A stretch of DNA of 64,000 nt, taken from assembly GCA_024137785.1 (NCBI GenBank), contig JAHRHZ010000070.1, positions 1,501,296-1,565,295 of the forward strand, given 5' to 3'. The position numbers were made by a program, and so were the translations under genes. A model generated the notes under the pieces. That model searched no databases, was not told the origin of the DNA, and worked only from the letters and a program-made list of their open reading frames with translations. This DNA comes from Ginglymostoma cirratum (lineage: Eukaryota). Shown piece after piece: positions 38,501 to 52,125 of this stretch; the first letter of the stretch is position 1; every line of letters starts with the position of its first letter.

Positions 38501-40759
38501 ACGGTGCTGTTAATATTAATCCTGGGGGTCTCGGAATTGGCGACAGCACAGATTGCATATTCATAACGGGTGTAGAACGAAGCCAGATGGACAATCAATT
38601 TAATTGTACACTCGACATGATCGGAGATTGATTTTTCACTTGTTCTGTTTTAATTTTGTCATAATTAATTAGATCATTACAGCGGTTTTGTATTGGGCTC
38701 CTAATTTGACTTTAAGAAGGATCCGCCATTGACCATCCAATTGTTGGTGCAATTTCTACGGCTTCAATATGATAGTGTCCCCTTTCCTGATTCTTCCAAA
38801 GCCCGGAAAGGGAAGTCGGATTGTCAAGAGAGCGTATGTTGGACTGAACGTTCGAATGTTTTTCAAGCTAAACTTGGCCGAGGAAGAAATTACAACATTT
38901 TTGAGGTGTTTTATTTTTGCCTCTGGTTTCTTCTGAATTAATAAATCGAAGGCAGGCCGTGGGAGGGCTCCGCGAGTCAGTTACAATCTCATACAAAGCT
39001 GCAAACGTCTATTAACAAATGATCAGAGAATGCCAGCGACAGTTTAACATGAGGCACATTCAAAGCCTCAGAATATATATATATAAAAAGGAAGACAAAT
39101 ATTTAGGAGATGCGGCGAAATAATTCACGTGATGTATTTAATGTAATAGCTTAAAAGACACAGCCAAATTGACATGAGAATAATTATGCGAAATCTAAAA
39201 TAGCTAGGCAATGCTGGCACGACGTTAATAAAACCCGCAGCAGAACCGTGATAACATTCAGTGTTAATGCAAGAGTGGGAATTGGTTTATACTGCTCACT
39301 TTAAGAGACTTACCAACACAGTCTGCAGTGACTCAGAAACAGACCTGTCAAGTATCTAACCTTTGAAGTTGAGGGGACAGATATTGTTTCAAAATTAAGC
39401 CCGACACCATTTCAGGCAACATCAGCTATACCCTAAAGGTGTGATGAGCTGGTCAACGCAGGGCTGGGAGGAAGGGGGTGGTGAAGGGACTGACACTCCT
39501 GTTCCGTCTGTTGTGAAGTAAAAACAATGTTCCCGAGGGGAGGTCCAGCGCCCGACTGATCAGCCCCCACCCTCCATCACCCCTCACTGCACCGCCAAGT
39601 CCTCAGCTCCTTAGGAAAAAATAGGGGGTTACAGCTGACGGCATTAACCCCAGTTTATTACATGCTGAAATAGAGAGAGTAAAAAAAAACAGAGAAGCAA
39701 TCTCACTTTATGCGCCCCCCTCCACCCCAGATCAGATAATCAGTTTTGACAACATGGCTCATCGTACCTGCTCGCCCTGTCCTCTGAGCCATTGTTTTAA
39801 CGATCTGATTCCACAAAATCTTGCCGGCTTCCCGAACTTTCTCGCTGGTTTCTCCTCTTCCTCTCCCCTCACGGTCCTGTTCCCTGCTTCCTTAGCTGTA
39901 GTCGTATCGCTGGCGTTATAACCCCTCTCCGCCCCACCCAAACATTGGGTGTCTGTCCTTTTTTTCTCTCTCTCTGCACCCCCCGCCCCACCACCACCTT
40001 ATTCTCTCGTCGTGCCTGCAACTAACTGAAGTTACACAGTGATGGAAGCAAATCCTGAACTCGACTGAAACTCCGAGTAGATTAGGTTAAACAAAAACAA
40101 GAGGGGGAGAGATTAACGAACGTTAATCGAAATCAGAAAGGAATTTCCTTAATTGCAGGGTGAGGCCGATGACCAAAAGCAGAAACGGAATTGGAAATGT
40201 CTCTCACTTTCTGTCGGGACAGGTGAAGGGAAGGGGAGAGGTGGGTTTAGACACTGATTATTCTGAGATTTGGATTTTGGAAGTGCGCCTGTTTTAAACA
40301 ACTTCCTGAAAGTTGGAGATGGAGCTCTGTGTGTGTGTGTGTGTGTGTGTGTGATAAGGGGAAGGGGGTCATTGGTAGTTGGGATATGGTATGGGTTAAG
40401 GGAGGTTTTGCGGGGAACCAAATGCAACCTCCCCCTGCAATGTGGGAGCGGACAGAGGCGCAGTTAGTTTGACCAGATGAAGAGACTGGTTGGTTGCTTT
40501 CTGCGGTCAAACTGCATTTGAAAGGAGAGAGAGCGGCTGGTCGTATCTCGTAGTCTTACACACACTTTGTACAGTGAACTAGAACCGCAGCAAAACGCTG
40601 CAGGTCCCGAATGGTTAACCCGATAATCAATGTATTAATAAATGGAAACAGGGAAAACATGCTTATTTAAATATGAACGCAAAAATGTCATTCATTTTCG
40701 AAGGAAAGACAAGAATAAACAAAAGTGAATTAATTGTCTGGTATCATTCCTGAGGTTTG

Positions 40760-41790
40760 ACACCTGGGTCAGTATTAGAGTTAATACTGGAATTGGTGCT
40801 GAAATTGGAGATGGGAGGGGGGCGGTATGTTTCGGGTTTGCATGTGGTATGAGAGTTCGTGGTCCCGTTGAGGTGAGGGCTAGAATCAGGTTTGCTGTTT
40901 GGATAAAGATAAAGGCTGGGTTTAGAGTTGGAATCGGTTTGCAGTTTGTCAAGGTAGAATTAGAGTTAAGGTTGGTGTTAACATTACGTTTAGGGTTTCA
41001 GCTTGGTTTGTGACTGGTTTGCAGCTAGTACGGGAAGTTTAGGGTTAGCATTAAGTTTCGGCCTACACTTGGGGTTGGAGTCTCTTTGCAGTTAGGGGGA
41101 AATTAGTGTGAAGTTTGGGGATAGGATTAAGGTTAGGTTTGTGGCTAGCACTGGATTTGGTTTGCAGTTAGGGTAGAATTAGGGTTAAAATTTGAGATTA
41201 GGGTTGGGGCTGGAGTTGGATTGGCTTGCAGTTGGCTACGATAGGTTAGAGCTAAGGTTGGGGTTAGTTTTAGGTTAGGGTTACGGCTAGAATTGGGGTT
41301 GGTTTGCAGTTAGTTAGGGTAGGAGTAGTGTTATATTTAGGGGTGGATTAAGGCCAGGGCTACAGGTTGCAGTTAGGGTAGGAGTAGAGTTATATTTAGG
41401 GGCGGATTAAGGCCAGGGCTACAGGTTGCAATTAGTGTAGGACTAGAGTTAACTTTGGGGACAGGATTAAGTTTAGGATTGGGGTTGGTTTGCAGGTAGG
41501 GTAGAATTTTAAGGTTGGGGTTAGGGTCGGGGATACAGTTTGATTGGTTGCAGCTAGTTATGCTGGAACAGAGCTAAAGTTGCGTTTACAGATCGAGTTA
41601 GGGTCACAGCTAAAGTTGAGGTTGATTTAGATCAAGGTTTAATGTTGGGGTTAGCATTCGAACAGTTATTGTTCATAAAACAGAGTAGGACCATGTTCGA
41701 GCGGTTTCTCTGTTGGTGCCTGTTTTGGACTGGGTCAGAGTTGGAGGTTGGGGTCCAGACTGGTGTGACTGTTGAAGACTGGGTTGGTAG
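40760..41790 (+). repeat. Degenerate telomere-like (TTAGGG/TTGGGG) minisatellite with a 59-bp tandem unit
   Basis: Many TTAGGG, TTAGGT and TTGGGG hexamers, and a recurrent GGTTTGCAGTTAGGGTAG. The 59-bp unit starts at 41313, 41372 and (diverged) 41431. Confidence 0.85.
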
Positions 41791-44700
41791 TCCAGTCGGA
41801 GCTGGTCTTGGTTCCGCTACTGCAATGAGGAGGCCGGTGGGTGGGTCAAGCAAACTTCCAATCTCCAATCAACCTCACCTTCTTGCATTTTGAGCAAAGC
41901 TGAGCTGGGCCTGTCGAGGCACTTCTCTTACAGCTCCTCTCTGACCACCCACCCCGGGTATCCTGTGTCACAACTCTCCCTGTGAAATGAAAGGGATCAC
42001 CCACTTTGCCTTCCCATTCGATTCACGCGTGCCACTAGGTGTAAACGCAAAACGAATTTCAACCGGTGAACGGTTAAAGTCCAGAACTGACCCTCCCCTT
42101 CCTAGACCAAGTGACACAAGACAAACAGCCGAAAGGGTGTTCAAACAGCGAATGAACCGCGCATTTAATTGATGCAAAAGAGACAGAGGCGATGCGATTA
42201 GAGCTGGTTGACGAAAGAATAACAATAGACAAAACGGAAGTAAAATAGAAACAGAAATTTAGAAATAATTCTAAATAATTTCGGAAAGGTCAACTAAGGT
42301 TGTCAAACAGTACTCAACTGAACAAAAAAAGGGCTTGCTTCTCGGCGTGACAAGCATGCCAAGTTCGGGCGCAGTTCATGTTCAGTTTTCACCGTTCAGC
42401 CGCTTTCGATGTTAGCTCAGCCGGTAGATTCATTGATGTGTGCGTTTTGCCGGTGTCTATATCTCTGCGTGTATAATCTCTCCAGCAGAAAGGCTGCACA
42501 AACGGTGAACGAAACTGCCATCTAACAACTGAGACACTAACGTCTTGTGCAGCTAAAGTGCAGGGAAATGAATAACGTGCAGGTCAAAGTAACCGGATAG
42601 GCCCCGTCAACAGACTGTCCCAAATGGACATTTCGCGCATTCTTGAGAAATCGGATTTTGTTTTTCTCGCTCAGGTAGCAGGACCAGATAACAAAGATAG
42701 TATATAGGAAGTGGCACAGAACGTAGACGCTAACTTTAAAAAAAAATCACCGTCAGTGGTTTTAGGTCGCCTGATATATTTCCCCTGTTTAAGAACACTC
42801 GTTTTATTTACGTACTAGTTACAATAATCGCATACCATGGGCCTAATTATTGTCTGAAGACCAGGTCTGTGATGGATCAAACTTTGTGTAAACATAGACA
42901 GGAATTCAAACGAAGTGCCGTCCTAAAGTAACAAGAGAACTTCATTGAAAGTTGCTTAAGTGGTTTCTCTAACTACATGATTAAAGTTGAAATGATGGAC
43001 TGTGAAATGTGGATTTGCCACAGACCCCGCCGCTTATAATACAGGGCTGGAGTGAGATAGTTTAGTTTCCAGGGAGTTCAGGATAGCTGTGTGCGGTGAG
43101 CAGATTTTCCAATGGAAAAGATGTTCGAATTGCTACTTTTCGAGCATCACATTGGAAAGTTAGGCAGAATAAACAAAGAGCTGAACGCAGGCACTATAAT
43201 TCTGAGTGATACACGTGAAATTGCTACCTGGTATTCATTTAATACACCTTAAACTTATTTGGTAGAAAATTAAATGAAATCCAATATCTGAAAGTGGGAA
43301 GCCAGATGTGTAATTGATATGTTAGTCTACAGGTCCCAGATTTCTAAATATCATTACATCCCATCCCGCCTTCTGGCCTCTGCGCGATTGTGCCTGTGTG
43401 TTTGTAAATCAGGTAGAGTTTTAGAAGGGATATTAATCGGGAAATGTCTCTCCCTCACCACCCCAGACCCCTTGACTGTTTGCCTGAACGCAGTAGATAG
43501 TGGACACACTGATGGTGAAGCAAGGCCCGCAGGTAGCAGCAAATTATTAACGAAATCGTCTCATCTAATCTGCAATTTAAACAGGGATTATTGCCACGCG
43601 GGAAAACTGATTTCAGAAACATTTGCAAACTGATTTAATTCAACTGCGTAGAATTTCAGGAAAAAGGACGGAATAAATGCCAAGTCGAATCAATTTTGCC
43701 TGCTGAAATGGCTATTAAATACCGACGGTAATGTACCGAAAACGTCTATACAGGAAATCCTAGTGTGGTTTGTATTTGAAACAGTAGTTTGCTCAGCATT
43801 AAATTCTGCGCGGATTAGGTTATGAAGAATATGAAGGCATCATTCTTAGCATTGTCAATGGAATAAAATAATCCTGAAATTCAATGCATTAACAAGTTCC
43901 ATGTTACTTAATCGTTTAACCATTTCTAGCACATATTTTCTCGATGTGATGTTTTGTAACAATCTTTGTTCCAGCTTGTGTTTTATTTAATTTGTGCATG
44001 TGCAAAGAAAAGCATGTGAAACAGTTTGATATCTAAAGTGATGCTGGAAATTGCTACATGTTATTCAGCCTGTAGCCAGAAGGGGCAGCATTACAAAGTA
44101 AAGGGAGACCAGGAATCACGTTTGAAGTTACTGTAAATCTGTGTAATGCTGTCTGCTCCAGTTCCAGGTCCCCGCGCCCCCCGCCCCCCCCCCCCCCCCC
44201 CCCAACCCCGGACAGCACAGCGCTGTGAGCGGTTGCGGCCGCCCCGCTATCTTGACCAGCACAAACGGCGGGAGAAACGGTTCAGGTCCCGTCTCCATGA
44301 CACCCGTAACCCGACTCCCCTCAGAAATGACTGTGGACTTTGAAGCTTAACTTTTCTCTCTCTCTCTCTCTGTTGTAAGAGTGACGCGTTCCCGGAGTTT
44401 TCCAGTTCATTAACTCGGCGCTTGCACTGCACCAAGCTAACTTAGTTCTGCACGGCTTCACCTGGCCTCTTATAAGGTGGCACTGCAGGGCACTTAGAAA
44501 GCGACAAACACATACAAAGGCCCCAAGACTGGGACACCTGCTAATGCTGGTCAGCTTAGTGAGAAGAGAGACTTGAGAGAGAGAGGGAATAGTCAACAAT
44601 GTGCAACAGAAGGTGTAGAACACATTTGTACATTGTGTGTGCGTCTGCGTGTGCACAGGTCCAGTCCAACACATTTCCCCATCTCTTCATCTCACTGCCT

Positions 44701-46703
44701 TATTCCCTGCCATTTACTCTCTCTCTCTCTATTTGCCCTCAGCTTTTCACCGAGGATCTCTTCTCAGCGTAAAGCGTTCCAATTTAGTAGAGAGTTACTG
44801 ATTTAAGTTCACTGACACGGGGAGAGAATCCCATCTCGACGTGGCACCTTCGTTCTCTAGTGCGTGCTTGCCAGTCGCACGGGTAGTTAGCTGAGATTTG
44901 TAAGCTACATTTCGGGATAGTTTTAGGGAGAGAGGGAGAAAAAAAGTCAGTACAGTGCCACCGCCATTTAATACGCGCCCATCTCATACATGTTTCTCGG
45001 AAGCCAGCACACCGCCTGGAAAAAAATTCTTCCCCTTTTCAACAGTGAAAGTCGTGGAGGTTAGAAAAAAGACGTTGAAGAATGAAATAAAGACACTTTT
45101 GAGCTCACGAGAAATAAATTAATAGGACGCACGATTTTTCTTTACCTGTTTAAAACAAGAAAGACATCAAATTGGGGTTATAATCAATATTGAACCGTTA
45201 GAATGATCCCAAATATTGTCGCAATTAGTTATTCAGGCAGCAATGTCCCTTCCACTTAATATGTAAGATATATGGGCAAAACAGCCTTGTCCTGGCTTAA
45301 TTGATTACACTGCACCTTCCAAATTTGATTTGCTTACAGTTGTGCTAACGATGAAATAAGACCATTAATGATGTATTTCATTGCTTGATTCCAGTCAGTT
45401 ATTAGCAGTTCTGTATCACACTACAGACTGTACAAGGGTAACAAAACGCACCTACACTCAGGCATGCAAAATGTGTACATTCGCGAGTTATACAGATTGT
45501 AGGTTTGAATAAATAACCTCTCTGGCGCAAACATACTCCAGTCTACCTTCAAACATTTTGTGTCAGACTTGGCGTGTATGAACCTGGCCTATATCATTTG
45601 ATCGCACCGTTCAAACTCCAGTCTGTTCAGAGAGCATCACAGAGCTACATTTAACCGCTAATCTATTACAACACTATTCACATCATGGGGCAGCCCCGCT
45701 GGACTCGGTTAAGTGAATGAAACCCACGGGGACAGAAAAAAAGTGTGACCATTGATATTGACAGGGAGAGAGATGTGTGGTCTACATCAAATGTTTGAAA
45801 TGACTCAAGGCGGTGGAAATTATTCATTTCTTTTATAAACAAAATCCTTGATTTTTGTACTAACCCAATGCTGTTTATGAACTTCCAAAATTGCTCAAGG
45901 ATCATTAACACTATCCCTGCCGCTTACTCTGGGATCAGAAAGCGACAGAGGCAGAGAAGTGACCGGCTTTTCGATACATTTCTCGCTGATGAATCCGCGT
46001 CTACTTTTGATTCACCTCAGCCTACGGAGATTGATCGCTACAGCGTCAGATGTCAACACTTGAACTCATTTAACGGAATCTTGAAAATTAAGTAGTTTTA
46101 TTGCCCAGTGTCCACGTGATACCAACAGATTAAAAAACAATATTCTTTTGTCACCCTGTCGCAAAGCTCCAATACTTCACTCAGTTACATTTCACGGGTT
46201 GTTTTAATGCTTTATAGGGAGGATGAAATAAAATAATGAGAAATCTTATAACCGTGACAGAGAGGTCCATAAGAATTTCAAGTGAAGTGTCATTTGCAAA
46301 TAGCTTCTATTTTGTTTCCAAAAACTCTGTATTGGCGAACAATAATGTTGTTTCAGAAGTTTAGACTGAAATATGCAAACAGCTCCAAAAGATCAATGCT
46401 GCAAATAAATTTTTATCAGAACGAAGTTTCTGGTGTTCCAAATTAATTTTTTTATGTAAATATTCCTCCTTTAAAAAGTGCTCTTAACTCCCATCCAACG
46501 AAATGTTGTTTCTGCGTTCAAAGTTTTTTTTCCAAGATTCGTTAGTGAAAGCAACTTTTTGGAGACTTTTCAAGCGGTTTCTAATACATCTCACAAGTTT
46601 AACAGCAAACACGGTGCTGATATCGAAGGGGTGGTTTGGCCGCCTTGTCATAATCGTTTAAACTTAAATGAGAATTGAAGCTTTCGCGTATTTAATTCAA
46701 TAA

Positions 46704-46727
46704 TCTCTCTCTCTCTCTCTCTCTCTC

Positions 46728-46772
<45 letters not shown>
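46704..46772 (+). repeat. Compound (CT)n(GT)n microsatellite
   Basis: Read directly. Other simple repeats: (GT)n at 40328-40353, poly-C at about 44177-44202, (AG)n at 37083-37101. Confidence 0.95.
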
Positions 46773-46773
<1 letters not shown>

Positions 46774-48493
46774 TGTGGACTTCACGGCAGATCTCTGTTG
46801 CTCGCTAATTACATTGTCCTGCTTAGGTCATTGATTTCGTGTTACCGTACTGAAATTCTGCCTGACATGAAATATTAGCAGCAAAAACGCCACTCAGCTA
46901 TTTAAGCATGCAACACATTGTAGATTACTGCAGTTTTTATGGTCCAGAACCGAAGATGTCACACATGTAGCCTGTGTTACAGGAGAAAACGGCTCAGTCA
47001 AGCAGCTCTGTGCCAGTTCTGGTTAAATGAATATGCACAGCGGTACAGTTACAAGGAAAAATGAGATCAGTGCTGTTTACATCAAACCTGTATGAGTTTC
47101 AAACCCAAAATCGATAATAATATTAATTATTACTTCTATTAGTAATAACCATTGGGGCATTTTATTTCAAATATACCGTAATAATGTGTTTGACATGCAT
47201 GTGTGTAAGATTATATATTAGATTCGATAAAACAAATATTTAAATAGAAATATTATAGAGTTTAATACAGACAAATAAAAACCTGTATAAATATTTGCTA
47301 AAAGGAGTTTGTATTCATGTGCCATTCAGACAGTTTTAGATAATTTATTTCAAACTTTGATAAATCGGTTAGAACAACAATTAAACCGATTTAACAGTCA
47401 TCTATCTACAAGGCACATGCATTCATCACAATAGTCATCGTTCAAAAAAAACAAGGATCACTTCAAATTATTTATAAATTTGCCTTATTAATCATAGTTT
47501 GCAAAGGATGGCGTAAATAGTCATGAAATCTGTGTATCTTTGAAAACTCATCAATGATTTATATTCAGTGGAATCTGTTGAACATCTCACTAAATGCCGA
47601 GGTTCTTGTGGTTCTGAATGCTTGTAATTTAAAGTGTCGTGAACTACATTTTCTTGCATTTTATGCCCCATGTATTTTCTTACAGAAAGTCAGAGATGCA
47701 GATTAACTTCAGACTTTTCAACCGAATAGCACCTGAGAACTCCGCTCACCGTGTGAAAAGAAATAGTCCAAAGTAGTCCCAAGCGTGCTGGTGAAATATA
47801 CGGCGGCAATAAGCTTCTTTTATGTAGAATTTCATTGCGTTCGTTTTATTACTATGAGATTACTTATGTTTTATAAGTTATTGGGACTGTTAATGTTCCT
47901 TCATGTAGGTTTTACAGCCCCCTCTTTGAATTTTTGTATTCTTCCGCTTCGTTAATTTCAATGGGTTGCCTCGGCCTCAGCCCCCTTTTCTGAACAGATT
48001 GTCGTGAAACGTCCATCATTACTCACTGTAGCTTGAGAGTGGCATTTAGGTTCTCCACGCGGACTGAAGACCATTTCATTTCACCTGTACCTTCTGGGGG
48101 AGATATTGTCACAAACCTAAAACCACAGAAGTGCATGTAGCACGGAAAGTTTCCAGCACTCATTCTCCAGACGGACACCACTCGCACTTTCTACCTATCA
48201 TTAAATTGGACGCACATGGCATCTAACGATGTTAGATCGACGATCTGTTCCTTGCGCCATTTCGATAACATTATTCTGCTATGGCACACCTCGGATAGAT
48301 GGGACTTGAACTGGGATATCCGGCCTAGAGGTAGGGGCACTACCACTGAGCCACAAGCTAGTTTACTTGGGAACAGGGTTCTAATACGATTAATGTTGCT
48401 GGCCTAGCAATCCACAAACCACTTCATGCATCACCGAGCGGAGCACGTGAAGGCCAAGTGCAAACTGCAAGCCCGATGTCCAGGTTAATGATC

Positions 48494-48770
48494 TGGTGGC
48501 TCAGTGGTTAGCACTACTGCCTCGCAGCGCCAGAGACATGGGTTCAATTCCAGCTTTGGGTAACTGCCTGTGTGGAGTTTGCACGTTCTCCCTGTGTCTG
48601 CATGGGTTTCCTCCCATAGTCCAAAGATGTGCTGGTGAGGTGGATTGGCCGTGGTAAAAATAAACACATTGGGGATTACAGGGATGGGACAGGATGGGAT
48701 GCTCCTGGAAGGATCGGTGCAGACTTGATGGGTCGAATGGTCTCTTTCTGCACTGTAGGGATTCCGTGAC
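48494..48770 (+). mobile_element. HE1-type V-SINE (tRNA-derived)
   Basis: A box GGTGGCTCAGTGGTTAGCAC, B box GGTTCAATTCC, V-domain TGTGTGGAGTTTGCACGTTCTCCCTGTGTCTGCATGGGTTTCCTCC, and a CR1-like tail. Confidence 0.85.
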
Positions 48771-48774
48771 AAAG

Positions 48775-49190
48775 GTTCGGAAACCGGCAGAATTTAAATT
48801 CAGTTATGAAGTATAAAAGTTAATCTTTATAATGCTGCTGTGAAGCCACAATCGATTGTCATTAAAATAAAATCTGGTTCACGGAAATAAATAAAGAACT
48901 GTGGAGGCTGCAAATCTCAAACATAAATTACAGGACAAACTCAGCAGATCTGGCAACACCTGTGTAGAGAAAACAGAGTTAACGTTTGGAGTCCGGTGGC
49001 CCTAATGTTCTTCAGCGAAGGAAATCTGTTGTCCTTACTGGGTCTGCACTACACTTAACTCCAGGCCCGCGACATTGTTGTTGATTCCTAAATGCCCTTT
49101 GTGGTGGCCTAATAGTTAAACAGTTCAAGGGCATTTAAGGATGGACAGTAAATACAGGTCACGTCAGTGGCACTTACATCCCTTGAAAGA
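48775..49190 (+). mobile_element. Same tRNA-SINE family, interrupted by a Penelope-like fragment
   Basis: aatttaaattc...atctggttcac/taatg...gaaggaaatctg...caagggcatttaaggatggacagtaaat. Confidence 0.65.
48884..49000 (-). mobile_element. Penelope-like terminal fragment nested in a SINE
   Basis: aaactcagcagatctggcaacacctgtgtagagaaaacagagttaacgtttggagtcc interrupts the host motif atctggttcac|taatgttcttcagcgaaggaaatctg. Confidence 0.55.
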
Positions 49191-49289
49191 GTAAAGGAAA
49201 TAAAACAACAAAAAACATTATGAAACAAAGTCTTGGAGGAAGTCAAAATCCTTTGTCACAAAATAATATCCTTCTGATACACTAATGTA

Positions 49290-49460
49290 AAACTAAGAAC
49301 AGCAGGTGCTGGAAATCTGAAACAAAATCAGAAGTGGCTGGAGAAGCTCAACAGGTCTTACAGCATCCGTGGGGAGAGAAACAGAGTTAATGCTTAAAAT
49401 CCAAGGGGTTGAGTTTCTCCCCCATGTTCTGCACATTTCCAGCATCCATGAAATTTTACA
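49290..49460. mobile_element. Degenerate Penelope-like fold-back remnant (a similar remnant lies at about 14430-14530)
   Basis: gctggaaatctgaaacaaaa...cagcatccgtggggagagaaacagagttaa, followed by a partial inverted copy atttccagcatc. Confidence 0.5.
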
Positions 49461-51704
49461 TTTATTTCTATCAATAGCCACAATACTTTGAATCAAAAAC
49501 AAGCTGCCAGGACTCACCCATCCTCACTGTGACTCGAAGATTTTGATCTCATTACTAATTGACCTAACGATGCAGTTCATTGCTGGTCCTTTCAAAATCC
49601 TACGTATTTTAGGAATCCCGTTACATGTCCCATTCTACTCCTTTATTACTCTTTTAGTAAGTTTTACATTTTAAAGTATTTTGTATTAAAACAAAAGGCA
49701 CAATATAAAGTGGCAAAGTTACACTTCTCATGTCAAAGGAATATGTTGTTGAGGCCTGGTAAAGGGGATTCATATTGTATCACATGAGGAGAGTGTCAAG
49801 CTGCAAAATTCTGGCCTCGGGTAAGACAAGCAAAACCAGACTAAGTCTAATTGTTTCAATACAGTTCAAGGGGAGCTATTTAATCTCCAGTTTTATTTCT
49901 TCCCAGCAATTCTCAACATTGTCACATTCCTATGGAGGTTTTTCAGTTTTGCAGTACAAGTATTGTACTGCCCACATCGAGCAATAAACCATAAACAACA
50001 TCACAAAATGCAGTTTCATAGCATAGGTTATTGCGTTATGTGAAGTGATACATAAAAGCCTTAGCACTGGATGCTTTTTTTATGGGGATGGGTGGGGAGG
50101 GAGGGTGGGGGGCGGGGGTGCAGTTGGTGGAAGAGGGCGTACTACGCACTGGACACTTTGCCATTCATCTCCGGAAATAACATCCGAACCCATGAAACTG
50201 CCTGACTTGCCTGAAATCATTAACCAGCCACTGATACCAGCTCTCCGTTAAACAGGACATGTCGTATCAAATCTGTTTTCCTCCAAGTTAATTTTTAGTC
50301 GAGATTTTTAATGAGAACTTGTGCTCTTTTCAACACAGCACATAGACTGACGTTGTTCCGCGCGTTCACCTTTTGTTCTATAAGAATTTACGCGTAAGTG
50401 AGTGATGAATGAGAAGTTACGCCAAACCTGTGGCAGGTGGAGGAGAGGGCAACAGACTCTGAAAGGGGTAAATTGATACAGAGCCAACAGTTCAGTATTT
50501 GTGCATCTGATACTCCACGCATTAACACCACACAGTTTACATATACAGTAGTTATGGATCTCGGAGAGTGAATAATTGTATGGATTCCAATAAAGATGGA
50601 AGAGGTCTAAATGAATAATAAATAAGATAGGAAACCTGTAAAGAAAGACTTTGAACATCCAGGGCAATTTTCGCGTCCTCCAACTGCCCCGAAGTGCAGG
50701 ACAATTGACGCTTGATTTCAAAGTGTTGCAATGCAGATAAATTTGTCAGAAAGCTGCACGCACCAAGATTCCACCAGTCGCAAGTGAATGAGCGATCTGA
50801 TAGTCCGCTCTTTTTTGGGCGTTATTGGTTGAAAGGGAATGTTGTTCAAGACACCAGGAGGACTCTTTGTTCTGCTTTGAATCATTCCAAGTGACTTTTC
50901 GTGCCTACTTGAATAGTCAGATGCGGTCGTGGTGTAACTTCCTGTCTGAAGGAATCTTGAATTGCTGAATCTTAGACCAGTACAACGCAGAAAGGGGCCA
51001 TTTGGCCCATTGAACCTGTGCTTGCTCTTCCAAAAAGAAAAAAAAAGTCTGAGCTACAAGCCACAGTCAATTCATGCGGCCCAGACAGTTTATATTCTAA
51101 ATAATGAAGGTGGGGCACACACTACCATCCAGTCACTAGCATTCAGAACAACTCCATGTCGGATAAAAAATACAAGGTACTGGATTTACCCCAGAATCTA
51201 ATCGCATGGTTTTAACTGCTATATGCAAAGGGGTCAATTCTATAAATTCTGGTATTTAATTCAACTAATGAACCATTTTTCTGGGAAGTGTGAGTTCAAA
51301 ATTGGGACTATCCTGTTATAATATCTCTAAGCTGCACTCCCTTCAAACACAGTTACCCTGACAGAAGCAACTCATCATAGAATTAATCCTACAGAATACT
51401 GAATACCCAGGGCTGAGAACTATGTCGCAATCTAATCAAAGTATTCAAATGGTGTATTGAATAATAGGTACGGGAAGTTTGGATAATTTATATACAGCAA
51501 CTAGGAAGCTCCAAGTGAGTTATAATGTGTAAACAATGAAGGCTTGCAAATGATTGGCATATAATTATTTGAATGCAAATTTAGAAAAGCATACTTACTT
51601 CAAAGAGTCATATTTTCCCATTTTCTATATTAAATGCCTATGAGTGAGATTGGCATATTGGTGTCAAATTAGGAGGAATGATTTGGTGTATCATCTTTGT
51701 CTTG

Positions 51705-52125
51705 AAACATAGAGTCACAGAATGATTACAGTGCCCGAGGAAGCTATTTGCCTTGCTTGTGCTTACTGGACTCCTTTGAAATAAAAACTCACACTGTCCC
51801 ACAGCCTAAACCCCACCACATATGTCTCTAGAGCTCTGCACAATTGAATTGTCTTCAGGTGCTTATTCAATTTGCTTTTGAAAGGTGAGTGAATCATCTT
51901 TTACAACATCGGTAGGCCATGCATTGTGAATCCCAATTATTCACTGCATCCATTTGCTGTTTTGTGACTCACGTTAAATGGGTGCTGTCTATTTCTCAAC
52001 ACCTCTGGTGATATAAACTGTTTCTCTTCTATCTGCCCTATTTAGATACCTCACAGCTTTGAACACCTCTATCAAATTTCCTCTAGGCCTTCACTTCCCT
52101 ACAGAGAGTAACCTCAGCTTTGCCA
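51705..52125 (-). mobile_element. Highly degenerate CR1 3' fragment
   Basis: atagagtcacagaatgattacag-type tail, and tttgaacacctctatcaaatttcctct (reverse of a RGNLIEVFK-like segment). Confidence 0.55.

Noticed and set aside
48494-48565. tRNA gene
   Set aside because: The A and B boxes run straight into a V-SINE body and there is no full cloverleaf; it is a SINE head.
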